A stretch of DNA of 64,000 nucleotides from positions 620,001-684,000 of the forward strand of contig NW_025767105.1 of NCBI RefSeq assembly GCF_003918875.1, written 5' to 3'. Each line of letters starts with the position of its first letter. Position 1 is the first letter of the stretch. The notes beneath the pieces are model-generated. The model did not search any database. It saw nothing but the letters and a program-made list of their open reading frames with translations, and was not told where the DNA came from. Positions 50,692 to 63,199 of this stretch are shown here, one piece after another. The DNA is from Haliotis rubra (taxonomy: Eukaryota). Both the position numbers and the translations under genes were made by a program.

Positions 50692-52762
50692 ATGGCTAAG
50701 AATAAGTGCGTGCAATGTCAGAAGTTCATGTCGGATTTAGACCCCCATTCTCTGCATTTCTTGTTTTACTGGTAATCATTGTACCCTGCAAGATCGCTGC
50801 CTTCTGTGTTCAGAGTTATCAGAGGTTGAGTGGTTAAGTATGGATTCTGCAAGATCTCAGACTAAGAAACGTAAATGCTCCCCGTCGTCGGAGGCTAGCA
50901 AAAGTAAAAAATCGGCTTCGGGATCCCCGCCATCTTCACAGAGATCTGAATCAAAATCAAAATCTAGATCTAGATCTAAATCGGATGCATCCCATTTGGA
51001 CATTTCTGCTATCTCGTATTTATTTGCATCGTTTAAATCAGAGTTGCAAGCCTCAGTTAGTCAGTCCATGTATGATATGGAAATGAGAAATGAGACCAAG
51101 ATGAATTCATTACAGAATCTGTTTCATGATGGCATTATGTACGGCAAGACGACCGGTGGTTGCACTGACTGGGTTGACGATGGCAAGAGCCGGGGGGCAA
51201 GAGTCAGTTTCTGTGAAACTCGGGGGTGCTCTACCTGGGAAAGCCGGGTATCACCTTACGACCGGATCAGAAGGCCGTTCCCCACAGGGGGAGAAGCCAG
51301 GGGCTTCATGTGACAGGGACGGGGTCAACCTGGCTGACCCCAGGCAGACTTTAATTGCGCTCCAGGCAAAACAAGCCGTGTCCCTTGTCCCTGTGAGTAA
51401 GGCGGTCACGCTTGATCCCAGTCACTCAAAGCCTGCTACCTTATCCCAGGCGTGTGCTGCAGTAATATCCTAGTGGGACTGACTCCATGCCCTCGGCTTG
51501 CGTCTCCCACCTTGGGTTTAATCAACGAGCCACGGCTGCCACGGGGGTTAGCGGTATCCAGGACCAGCAGTCCAGTAGCCACGTGCCAAGCGGGATTTCC
51601 ACGGGAGCCATGGATAATTTTGACATTGATAAGCCACCGTTTTTACCGCTTGTACCGGACCTCTCGGATTCGGAAGCTACTTCTATTTATCCTCTCTCTC
51701 AACCAGAATTCGTTATGAAGGAGGGATTATTGACAGTCCAGCCTATGGATACTTCGGCCGAAGATTTTGTTCCTGGATGGTCTCTTAGGGAAAAGGTTGA
51801 ATTAATCCATGGACTTTATCCAAGCACAGTCCCGCCACAGCCTGAGGAGCCGGAACGGGAGTTACCAGTGGAGCTGGGATCGTCAGGATGTCTGCCGCCG
51901 GAAAGGGTTCCCAAGCTATCTCTTCCTCATTCATCGGCACTTAAGTCGGCGTTGGATTCTTACAATTTGAACCTCTCCAAGGCGACTTCACTTAATGCAT
52001 TACCCAAGATTATTCAAAAGCCAGTGTATGCTATTCACAATAGACTGATTCCACTTTATGCTCCGCATATGGACAAGGATTTCGCACAGCTACAGGATGC
52101 TAGAGCTGCCAGGGATTTTCCTTTTTCCTGTTCATCCAAGGATCTCAAGGACATGGATGTCCCGTTCATCCTTGGACATACTATCCTATACCAACTGGTT
52201 TGCTGCGGGAGTCCGGGCATTATTACCACCATTATTCCAAGATTATGAAGGAGTAAAGAAGGACACATTAGTATCCATGTCAGCCGAAGAAGTAGCCATG
52301 GCACACTCATTCTTAGATGTGGTATATCAATCTATAACCGACGCAACTCACAATCAGCTGTGTACACTTGGACGTTTAACAGCCATGGAGAGACTTCACA
52401 AGTTAGATTCAATTAGAAGTCTACCAGAGACAGCTAAAGATGTTTTATTTCAACAGCCCTTGGACTCAGAATCTCTTTTTCATGGACAATGTGGTCAGGC
52501 TATTCAAGTTAAGGATGCTTTTACATCACGTAATCTGAATCAGAGATTGGCTTCAGCTTTACTGTCACAAAGCAGGAATAAACCTCAGTCCAGACCGAGG
52601 AGGGATGTATCTGCTACTATTTCCCGCCAACCTTCTCACAGACGTCAGGAGCCACTGCAACGTTCAGCATTTGACAGGGCAGGAGACTCTAGGTCGCGTA
52701 ATTTCTCCTCGTCAGCACCATCTTCAACTCGGGGCTACTCATCCTCTAGGGGCAGGGGGTAG
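50692..52762 (+). pseudogene. DIRS gag-like ORF1, frameshifted
   Basis: N-terminal Cys/His cluster (KCVQCQKFMSDLDPHSL...CTLQDRCLLC), Ser/Arg-rich linker, C-terminal QPLDSESLFHG and RGRG. Confidence 0.75.
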
Positions 52763-52779
52763 AGGCACCAGGTTTTTTC

Positions 52780-54800
52780 GTGGCACCAGAGCGGGATCTA
52801 GGAAGTTTTGACTCCAATCAAATAGTCCAGTTTACTCAGCCTTACGATTTGGAAATGCCCCTCGATTTGGAAACAGACTTCGAATTTATTCTACCGGTAT
52901 CCCAATCTCCCGTAGGGGGTCGGCTAGCACAATATGTGGAGAATTGGACACAGATCACCTCGGACAGCTGGATTCTATCAGTCATAGAGAAAGGTTACAT
53001 GCTACCATGGGAGAGTCTACCTCCAGTAACCTACCAGCCGGTAGGGAAACGTTTTTTCCTGCAAGGGGATCGTCTAGCGGGAGCAGTAACGGCCATTCAA
53101 CAACTGTTAGACAAGCAGGCCATAGTGGAGATTCCACCATGAGACCAGTCATGCTGGTTCTACTCCCCGGTATTTCTAGTTCCCCAAGAAAGACACGGAG
53201 GAGATGAGGATGATCATAGACTTGAAAGTGTTAAACAAGGAATATTTAAGGAAACCTCCCAAATTCAAGATGGAATCCCTGACCAATTTGAGAACTCTTA
53301 TCCAACCAAATTCCAAATTCATCAGCATAGACCTGAAGGACGCTTATCTTCATGTACCAATACATCCTCGGTCTCAGAAGTACCTTCGTTTCGCGGTAAA
53401 CGGACGGAGATTTCAATTCCGTGTTCTACCTTTCGGAATTTCTCTAGCTCCTTGGCTGTTCACGGTGATCATCAATCCCATTTTAGCGTTCCTACATCAT
53501 CGTCAGATAGCTATCCACGGTTACTTGGACGATTTCCTGGCACGGAATATAATTACTCAGACTCTTTTAAAACAGACCAAGTTTATACTCCACGTGTTCA
53601 CACATCTAGGCCTTGTTGTACACCCGGTCAAGTCAGAACTAGTCCCCACATAAAAAATCAAGTATCTGGGAGCCATCCCAAATGCCAAGACGGCACGAAT
53701 TTTTACACCTCAGGATCGTTGGTACAAGATCCGGACCAAGGTTTTCAATCTGTTAGCAAGCAAGGCCGCATCAATTCGGACATGGATGTCCCTGCTGGGA
53801 TCTCTTTACGTCTATCCAAGATTTCCACGATGAGGGCAGGATTCATCTTCGCGAACCGCAAATATGGATCAATGGGTTCAGGGATCTGGACTTAGAAACT
53901 ATGGTATCCCCTCCCTTCATGATTCGTCAGGAATTTTTGTGGTGGATGGTGGACAGCAACGTGCTTCCAGGAGTACATTTTCGTCTTCCTCCTCCAGACA
54001 TCACTCTATATGCGGACGCCTCAAACTCGGGATGGGGCGCTCATGTCAACGAACATCAAGTTCAGGGGCTGTGGTCTCAACAGGAAAGCAATCTCCATAT
54101 CAACTGTCTGGAGATGTTAGCGCTGGTAAAAGCTCTGTCTCATTGGTCTTGGAACCTGCATCAGAAGAACATTATGTTAGTGACAGACAACAGCATAGTA
54201 GTAGCCTATATAAACAAACAGGGCGGAACCAAATCATATCGTCTACTACAGATTACGAAGGAACTTTTCAAAATAGCAGATTCCATGAAAAGTCATATAA
54301 AAGCTCGTCACATCCCGGGAAAGGTGAATATTTTGGCAGACTCTCTCTCCAGACAGGACAGAGTGATATCAACAGAATGGACTTTGAATATGGAGGCTTT
54401 CAAACTCATCACGGAGAAATGGGAAACACCATCCATAGATCTCTTCGCGACAGCAAGGAACAATCGTCTACCTTCATTTGTGAGTCCTGTTCCGGATCCG
54501 ACAGCCTGGGCAGTGGATGCCCTGTCAATCTCATGGGAAAATCTGATAGCATATGCTTTTCCTCCGTTCAAATTGATACCGGAAGTACTAGCCAAGATCG
54601 CCCAACACAACTGTGTAGTTTATCTGGTAGCTCCAGCATGGCCGACCAGAACATGGTTCACGGACCTTCTTCAATTATTGACGGACAAACCCTTACGACT
54701 GCCTTGTTGGGAAAATCTTCTCAGTCAGCCCAAGTCGGACAGATACCACAAAAATGTAAACCTACTAGCTCTTCACGTATGGAGACTATCTATAGTTCCC
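52780..54800 (+). pseudogene. DIRS pol: RT, RNase H and DNA N6-adenine methyltransferase-like domain, frameshifted
   Basis: PVGGRL, SIDLKDAYLHVPI, VLPFGISLAP, GYLDDFL, YADASNSGWGA, HINCLEM, HIPGKVNILADSLSR, IDLFAT...AYAFPPF. Confidence 0.92.
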
Positions 54801-55846
54801 TCAAGGAGCAGGGATTTAATGAACAAGCAATTTCGGCTATCTCCCGAGTCTATCAGACCTTCAACGGCAGCACTGTATGACACCAAGTGGAATGTCTTCA
54901 TCCAGTGGAGAAGAGAGCAACGACTACTCAATATTCCAGTCACCATACCTATCATAGCAGATTTTCTTATATATCTCAGGATGGTTAAAAAATTAAAACA
55001 CAATACTATTGAAGGCTATAGATCAGCGATTGCTTCAGTCATGGACTTACAGGGACTATCTGTAGGATCTGATCATTCTTTACACAGGATTATTAGATCT
55101 TTCCAGATCAAGGATGTGTCATCGCCGTCATTATTTCCTAAGTGGGATCTATGTTTGGTACTACAGGCTCTACAGAAGTCTCCGTTTGAACCTATGCAAG
55201 ACACTTCCTTAAAATACTTGAGTTTTAAAACTGCTTTTCTACTGGCTTTGCTACGGCTTCAAGAGTGTCAGAACTGCACGCTATTGACTTTAAATCTATT
55301 GCATTCTCGGAAGGGTATAAGATGATGACTTGTAGGACGGTGCCTGAATTTACAGCCAAGAATCAGTCGACGTCTCATGGTTTGTTAGGACACAGAGTCT
55401 ACAGAATACCAGCTCTGCCTGCCCCTGCCTCTAGATCTGACAGATCAAGACTACTTTGTCCGATCCGAGCTCTCAGATGGTATATACATCGCACATCTAG
55501 TTTTAGACGGAATCGTCGTCATCTCTTCCTCTCCTGTAAAACAAATGTTAATACGGACTTATCTAAGAATACAATTTCTTCATGGCTCAGGAAGACAATC
55601 GCCTATGCTTACGGAGACTTGGATCAAGAATCAGTTAATGTTAGATTCTCGCCACACGAGATTAGGGCATTAGCATCATCAATAGCGGCATGGGGTTCAG
55701 TTTCAGTTGAACGAGTGGTGGCTAGTTGTCAATGGAAGTCCTCAAACACATTTATAATTTTTTATTTAAGAGATGTAGCCTCTTCAATGGAAGGCCTTAA
55801 GTCCCTGGGTCCGTTAGTAGCGGCACAACACCTTTCCTCCTCCTAG
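54780..55846 (+). pseudogene. DIRS tyrosine recombinase, frameshifted
   Basis: RPSTAALYDTKW, TIEGYRSAI, KTAFLLAL, R(V)SELHA, LCPIRAL, HEIRALASS, W.SSNTF..FY. Confidence 0.9.
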
Positions 55847-56086
55847 TACCTATTAAAAGGGGGGGGGGTGGGGGGTGTAGCAGGGATTGGATCATGTGTC
55901 AAGCATGTTACACACCTGGATTATACGATGATGGAGAGAAGATATAGAGACAGAAGTATTATCAGGTAGGTCACAGTTACGATTATCCCTATTATAGATA
56001 CTAACCGAACTCAGGTGGTGGTTGAGTATTGAAAGGGAGTAGTCTCTAATTATTACGGAATTAATCTTAAGGATTGGGAGAATCAA

Positions 56087-56169
56087 CCGGAAGTGACGTC
56101 ATCAACCGGAAGTGACGTCATAGACCGGAAGTGACGTCACAGACCGAATATTGCCTGGAAGTGACGTCA
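56087..56169. promoter_or_regulatory. Tandem ETS-CRE composite motifs inside DIRS
   Basis: CCGGAAGTGACGTCA at 56087, 56106 and 56125 (19-bp period), and GGAAGTGACGTCA at 56157. Confidence 0.6.
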
Positions 56170-57288
56170 TAAATGGGAAGTTAGGTCATGAGATGACAGA
56201 ATTCGGGGAAGTTGTCAATTGGAAATTATCAATATTAATTCATCTGAAGAGTAGTATAATTCGATTGATAATTAGAGACTACTCAATATTTGGACGGAAG
56301 TCCAGTGGACAATGATCCAATATTATATTTCACCAGTGAATTATTTACTACTAAGTCATAGTTATCCTTAGAGGATTTTGATCATGGAGAATAACTCACT
56401 AGTGGTATGGTATGCTTCAGGACTATTCTTCTAGGGAGAGCCCTCCATCCGTATGTGGGATTCAGGCAACCATAATCCAGAGGGAATGTTTACGACTCAA
56501 TTAGGAACAATTACATTTATTGTTAGTAATTGTTAGTAAACTTACCTCTGGATTATGGGGTATAGGTCCCGCCCTTCCTCCCCACCTTTCCTCTAGTGTT
56601 TTGTAAACTGTATTCATAAAATTTGTGAGGATTTTCAAACTACTATACAGTGACATCTAGGTCAGGGGGAGGTAACTCTGTCAGTTGGAAGGGCATACCA
56701 CAAGGGATAGCTATAACTTAGTGTTAAAATTTTCACTTCATTCTGTATGTGTCTGTGGAAACCACAGAATAAGGCAACCATAATCCAGAGGTAAGTTTAC
56801 TAACAATTACTAACAATAAATGTAATTGTTCCTTTTTGTATGTCCAGTATTTACCCATCAGCAAATCCAGTATTGTTGTTTCATTTGACCAACTGGTGAC
56901 CTTCCACTTTATGCGTTACATTGATACTTTACTAAAAGTAGTACTGAAATGATTATATTATTGAGGTAAGTATCAGAATGGATATGCAGTATGTACGCAC
57001 TCCGCGAGGCAAAGTTCATTTGTAGTGTTTGTACCAAGGTCAGGAACCATGCGTTATACACTCTTAAAAAAAAAGACAAAAAGCAACGCACATGCGTTTT
57101 CAGCAGTTCCTTTCGATATATTTTGGCAGCAATCGACAAATCCTATGTTTGAATCCCGTTAATCATCACGTGGTTGTTGTTGATTGAGCGCAAACGCATC
57201 CCAAAATGTGTTTGTAAACGTTTGTCATAAATATGAAAACGTTACATGAAAAGATATTTTTTATGGATTAAACTTCTTTTTAATTTCT

Positions 57289-57332
57289 CTCACAACGTTT
57301 CGAGACCATTCCAGGTCCCTTCATCAGGTGAA
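57289..57332 (-). ncRNA. Minimal type I hammerhead ribozyme, minus-strand copy
   Basis: Reverse-complement twin of 57363-57407; loop II is 1 nt shorter and the core is intact. Confidence 0.78.
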
Positions 57333-57362
57333 CTGGCAAGACTATGACGTCCTAACTGCCAG

Positions 57363-57407
57363 TTCACCTGATGAAGGGACCTTGGAATGGTCTCGAAACG
57401 TTGTGAG
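57363..57407 (+). ncRNA. Minimal type I hammerhead ribozyme
   Basis: Stem I uucac/gugag; CUGAUGA plus an extra A; stem II gggacc/ggucuc; GAAAC; cleavage triplet GUU within the palindromic stem III (AACGUU). Confidence 0.8.
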
Positions 57408-58451
57408 AGAAATTAAAAAGAAGTTTAATCCATAAAAAATATCTTGGACATCAATGTACAACTTCTAAATGCCACTGAAAGACATCGTTATATGAAAAGT
57501 TAATGCAGAAAAAGTTTTCAACGTAATGCACGTACAATGTGTGAGAAACATGAGCAGAGACATAAACTATAAAAAGGCCAAACCAAATTCATAATTTCAA
57601 TACGGAATTTACGACTTAAACGAAGATAAAAGACTGAATGCTACTGACCGAAATATCACTATTGGACGTTCGATAGCAGGGGAGTCCCAGTCTGCGGTTG
57701 TACGACACTTCGACGTCCGAAACAGCACCATATCTCGATTATGGCATCGATATACCCGCTTCAGTTCGACCCAAGAAGAAGACCAAGAGTGACCACTCCT
57801 GCTCAGGACCGATTCATCCGGGTGTTTCACCTACGTCACCGATTTGCTATGTACAGCAACGGACACTGCAGGACAGGTGCCTGGTCTTCGAAGAATTTCC
57901 GACCAAATCGTGTGAGAGAAGCGGGAATTTGAACATATCGACTAAACGTTGGACCTGTCCTGACACGACTACACGGACAACGACGTGTCCAACATTCCGT
58001 GCAACAGTGTACAGGCATGGAACCCGGGGAACTGGCGACACGTTTGTTTCAGCTATGAATCGTATTTCCTCCTGCAACAAGGGGATGGGAGATAACGTGT
58101 CCATCGACGTCGATACGAACAGAGTTTGACAGGTGGCAACAGAAGCGTCATGGTGTGGGGAGCCATGTTCTACACGGGTAGAACAGAGCTAATGGTGGTT
58201 CAAGGGAATCTTACAGCAAATCGCTATATAGACCAAATTCTGCGACCTCACCTCCGTCCACTTTTCAACAGACAACGCTCGACCCCACACTTCTCGTGTA
58301 ACAGGTGTCTATCTCGCCATTGCAGATGTCAATGTCCTTCCCCTGGCCTTCCAAATCGCCTGATCTGAACCCAATCGAGTATCTATGGGACGAACATAAT
58401 CGACGCGTCCGTATTGGACACTTGCAAAACTTGCCAACGTGTTACAGGAGG

Positions 58452-58803
58452 TGAGGTGAGGTGAAATTGGGTTTAACGTCGTGCTTGAGAATATTTCGCT
58501 CATATGACGCGGTGCATGCGTGTGTATGTGTATGTGCGGCTGCTTGTACTAGCCCAGACTGAAGCTGGTTTTATAGTGCTAGCCCACTGAGATACCATGC
58601 CGCAGTGGAGCATGAATACCCCACTCAGACACATTATACTGACTCCGAGCCGACTAGTCCTTGTTGTACCCATTAATGCCGAGCGCCAGGCAGGGACCAA
58701 CAAGTACCATATTTTAACGTCTTTTGATATGACGCGGTCGGGGATCGAACCCGCGACCTTCCGCTCTCTGGGCGGACGCTCTAACCACTATACCACGGAG
58801 GCG
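58452..58803 (-). mobile_element. tRNA-headed SINE with Meta/MESC-like core, inserted in the Tc1
   Basis: A and B boxes (tggtatagtgg; gggttcgatccc), core ggctcggagtcagtataatgtgtctgagtgg...gctagcactataaa, 11-bp TSD gttacaggagg at 58441-58451 and 58804-58814. Confidence 0.85.
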
Positions 58804-58964
58804 GTTACAGGAGGAATGGCGAAGAATTACCAAAGCAAAAAATCCGACGATTTGTGCAATCCCTTCCAACGCGGTGTCGAGCAGTGACAGCTGCAAGGGG
58901 TTGTGTCACCAGGTAGTGACCTGAACGCTCCATTGTGCAGTGAGTTTGGTGTCTACTGATATCA

Positions 58965-59325
58965 ATTATATTAACACGAGTTGATAAAGTTACAAATATC
59001 CGAGGCTTGCCGAGGATATTTTTACTTTTATTAACGAGTGTTGAAATAATTAGTATGAGTAGAGACGAGGGTGAGATTCTATTTATCATCAAAAATCACT
59101 CTTCATTAGTTTTCAATGAAAATTGTACATATCTGAACACGGTTCTACCATTAGACTTGCAGTGCAGCGATGTCATAGCATTGTGACGTCATCAAGTTCA
59201 TGACATCATAGCATTGTCAGGGCATTGTAAAAAATCTACTGTCAAAACGCTATCTCCTAGGAGATATCATATGATCTCACACAAGCGATATCTCCTGTGG
59301 AACACAGTTTTGGATGATAAATCAC
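58965..59325. mobile_element. Short non-autonomous repeat with ccgaggcttgccgagg core (possibly Crypton-like)
   Basis: Loosely palindromic left arm around ccgagg..ccgagg and an internal tgacgtca; the family assignment is tentative. Confidence 0.35.
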
Positions 59326-60937
59326 CATCCTAAAGACCATGGAGATTTTTGCTATGGGACTGTAGTACTTTTGCTACCTGCATGGACCCTAGCTAGATTT
59401 ACATCATCACTTCTGTTGTTGGCGATTGTGCTATTCATGTATTTACAAAACAATTTTACAAGAAATTTCAAACAATTTTACTTCTTTTAAAAGAATCAAT
59501 AATTAAACGAAATAATAATTAAAAGGGGCATTAAAAATAATGGAGCCTGATCCAGAGGGTGTTAGCGTTAGTGTGTGCGCAAGCCTCCCCGAAAAATATC
59601 CATGAGGAGCCATCCCTCTCTCCCTCCCCTCTCTCCAAAATCCTGGCTCCCCACTAGTGTTTTAATTATCCAGCATCTTTTATCTAAATTTTAATTCAAC
59701 ACATTGTTGACAACAATCGGCGTGGTATCTTTTTTTGTTAACACACTAAGTACACCACAATCACGCTTGTCAGTCTGAGGTATGACTTCAGAGGTCACCA
59801 TGCCTGGTGTGTCTTCCCTCAGGGTATTGGTTATGCTAGTTTCATGCTTCACCGTGACGTTGGCGCTAAATGTGTATTTCACAGATGAACGGAAGAGTGT
59901 GCCCACATCGTACGTCTCCAAAGCCGTTCGTTGTTATTTGCACATTTCTCAGCCCCATTGGACGGGTCTCCCGGCGCCCAAGGGTCCCATCAGGTCTTAC
60001 CCCTGACCCAGAGGTATTTCTCGGTTAGGAAACGTCTCATCCCAATCCACATGTAATCTGGCGTACAACCGTCCTTGATAAATTGGGGGTAATAAAATGG
60101 TATATCTAATGGATATGAAATGGTTTACCTGACGTCAAAAACATTTTGATGCTTTTGAACGTGTGTACTGTATTAAATATTACTGTGATGAAGCCTGCAA
60201 AACTTGCTGACCTTATTCCAGGTGGCTCTTTTGTTGTCTAACTTCACACACGAATCTTTCTGCAGTTGCATGAAGGCTTCATGTTTCGGACAGCCTGGTT
60301 ACCAAAGGGAGATAATCATGCTAATCAAGACCACGTCGCCTAAGATTATAAAACCAACCAACCGAATACAAAACCAAAATACTTCCGAATGTGACTGCCA
60401 GGAGTTCTCGAATGAATGAGTCTCTTCGGTCGATATTACATATGTAATCTGCTTATGACATCTTGGCCAACACTATTGACTGATATCTGTTGTGAGTATT
60501 CCAGTTATCACTGGTATGAATATCGTACACTAAACGTAAAAAAACCAGTTACCCTCCTTCCTTAATGACGGAGGTACCTATATTCAGCTGGCGTTGTGAT
60601 GCGTAGACCACAGGCCCTCGTGTCTTTGCGAGGATTAGATTTAAAAAATATTATTTTTGAGGTGACCGCTGACTCCAAATACTTCATAGTACAATACATC
60701 ATGTATTCTTCCACTTCTTGGTCTATCTACGGTGACCCCAGTCTGTGGTGCTGAATAAGTCTTATAACCGTGATACGGAGGCATCCGAGGGCGTTGGCAA
60801 CAGCATTGTATGTGGACCCCATCTGCACCATTCCAATGTCTCTTTTTCTCTCTTCAACTGTTAATAGTGGCATATTTATCGTACTTGTGTATCATACAAT
60901 GCATTCTAGTCTCTCTTTATACCCTATAGAATCATTC

Positions 60938-61362
60938 TACAGGTGAAATGGATGCACATACTGCTTGAATATTGCTACGTTCTGGCGACTGATATTGCTA
61001 TGTGTAAACAGGAAATGGAAAAATGTTACTTTGGAAGCAAAAATGTTAACAAAGATAATTTTAAACGTTCCTAAACACTTTTTCACAATATCAAAGACAC
61101 GTTTTACTTGTTTTCACAAATGCAAATCAGCAGAAAATGTTTTATAAGACTGAAATCATAGGAATCATTCTTTTACATTTTTACACACTCAACAACAGTT
61201 GTTTTTTGTTTTAATAGTTTTAAAATGGTCACTTTAAATGGTTTATCTTTGTCTCAAAGCAGAATTTTATTTCAACTTTTTGAACATCTAAATCACTGTT
61301 ATTTGTTTATTTCGAAAAATAGGACAATATAACTGTTCTGAAAAAGATGCATTTCACCTAAA
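60938..61362. mobile_element. Probable AT-rich MITE
   Basis: aggtgaaatg ... catttcacct inverted termini near TA. Confidence 0.35.
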
Positions 61363-61829
61363 TATGAATGCATTTGAGAATATTTTTATTCGTGATTTGC
61401 ATAAAGCTCTGTTGTTAAGCTTTCTTGTTTAGTGTTTAGTGTATTTCTCGACTGCATACTGGACCTTGAATCAAATGCTGGGAATTCTCCTCATTATCTT
61501 TGCGGCTGAATGATGGGTGTAAATAGTGACTACAAGAAATATACTCAAGCCCTTATAATTGAGGAAATACCGTAATCTAACCTCCCAAACCAGTGGTTGA
61601 GAGCATGACCAACACCGATGATCCCTATGAGTCAGCTCTGACAAGCTTGTGATACTGGGTATATAGTTTACAACTGAATTACCTGATCATCACAGAGCAA
61701 GGAATTCAGGATCTACTGAGACCGAGCCTTCAGCTGCTCACACAATGCACATATGTATCCATATCGCATATCCAACTGCCAGAAATCTACGGAATGCATT
61801 AAGGGTGTGTAAGTTGCAAACACAAAGTG

Positions 61830-61970
61830 GAGTGAGTGAATGAGTGAGTTTAGTTTTACGCCGCACTCAGCAATATTCCAGCTATATGGCGGCGGTCTGT
61901 AAATAATCGAGTCTGGACCAGACAATCCAGTGATCAACAGCATGAACATCTATCTGCGCAATTGGGAACC
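61830..61970 (-). mobile_element. SINE family B, 3' part (another copy at 62178-62300)
   Basis: Reverse-complement match with (gagt)n tail. Confidence 0.85.
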
Positions 61971-63199
61971 GAAACATCAAGTGGAAGAAATTTTCATTCT
62001 GCCGTGAACGAGTGAATCTTGTTTAACGCCGCAGTTAGCAATATTCCTGCTCTATCATGGCCACCCGATACACGTTTACAAAATGTATATCGATTTCGTA
62101 GATACTAGATAAATGAATGGGATTGAGAGGATGTGGTAACCATAGTTATTGTAACTGGTTTTCTTTAACCCTACCTCGAGTGAGTGAGTGAGTTTATTTT
62201 TATGCTGCGCTCAGCAATATTCCAGCTATATAGCGGCGGTCTGTAAAACATCGAGTCTGGACCAGACAATCCAGTGATCAACAGCATGAGCATCGATCTA
62301 ACCCTACGTCGAGACCTGCATAGACGGTACTATTGGAATCCACCTCAGTGGGGTCCCTCGTCACAAATATGGCCACCAATGCTACAGACATAAGAATATG
62401 TAACTACGTAACACGCTTATATAAAATGAAAAATTCAAATTTTGTTGAGAACAATGTTGTATTACATTGCAGCCATGCTAATCCACGTGAAAATGTGGAC
62501 ATATAACATCTGGCAGTCCTGTATTGAAATAATGATTGAAACGAACGTTTTGAATCTTGTAACACTTTTTCCTTTATTAGAAGATTTCTTGTGTCACCTC
62601 TGGCTTCAAGACCTTCGTCAAAACACATGACATCTTTCTGTAAAAATTATGCAGACATGTATATTCAAATTCAAATTCAATTTCCTTCATATGCCATGCA
62701 TGTCTTTTTTATTGCGTGTGGAAAAGACTTCGTTTAACAGAAGTGCAGCTAAACTGCTATCTGAGCCGTTACCAACCCAAAACACACCAAAGTGTCTGCC
62801 ACGGTGACATAACCACAATCATAATGCTGCCCATTAAGACAGTTTTACAACGCACATGGGTTATAAAAGCAATGATAAAACTATTGTGCCGACATCATGA
62901 TAATTTTCGTGTTATCAGTTTCAAAGATGATTCAAATTTTATACCCAAAGCTTCACAGAATGTCATTCCGTTAAAATATCCAGAGCAGTTATGTGCTTAG
63001 CAAAACTGAAAACTTGACACTCGGGATTTTTTGGACTAGGTTTTTAATATTAATAGAATAATTTTGGTAGTTGTGCACAGAACATCTTGACATCAAAGGA
63101 AAACAAAAACCAAGTCTTACCGAAAATCTTTAACAACGACAACGTTCATGATGTCAAGGTACCCTCAAAGACGAAGTTCACAGCGTAGAGAACAATTCG

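Larger units (their letters stand above)
50000..56835 (+). mobile_element. DIRS1-type tyrosine-recombinase retrotransposon, near full length
   Basis: ITRs at 50030-50155 and 56628-56770; internal complementary region 56464-56558, of which 56 bp is perfectly complementary to 56778-56833; gag, RT, RNase H, methyltransferase-like and YR domains in canonical order. Confidence 0.96.
57254..57485. mobile_element. Palindromic mini-element (inverted pLTR-like arm, direct arm and tail) carrying two hammerheads
   Basis: Arms 57251-57338 and 57357-57445 are a near-perfect inverted repeat (one indel, 18-nt spacer). Imperfect 14-bp TSD cgttaYatgaaaag at 57240-57253 and 57486-57499. Confidence 0.85.
57059..58920 (+). 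mobile_element. Decayed Tc1 transposon with two nested insertions
   Basis: ta-cactc left end; GESQSAVVRHFDV..STISRL, RPRVTTPAQDRFI, SVMVWGAM...VQGNLTANRYIDQIL, SPDLNPIE, LQEEWRRI. Confidence 0.85.

Noticed and set aside
53901-55325. 474-aa ORF that looks like an RNase H-methyltransferase-recombinase fusion
   Set aside because: The YR N-terminus (LKEQGFNEQAISAIS) is in the overlapping 53864 frame. One extra C near 54843 shifts it into the pol frame. Overlapping pol and YR ORFs and the MT domain are normal for DIRS1.
59950-60015. GC-rich stretch considered as an HDV-like ribozyme; also hairpins at 12270-12365
   Set aside because: I could not assign the nested pseudoknot or catalytic residues, and isolated short stems are expected by chance.
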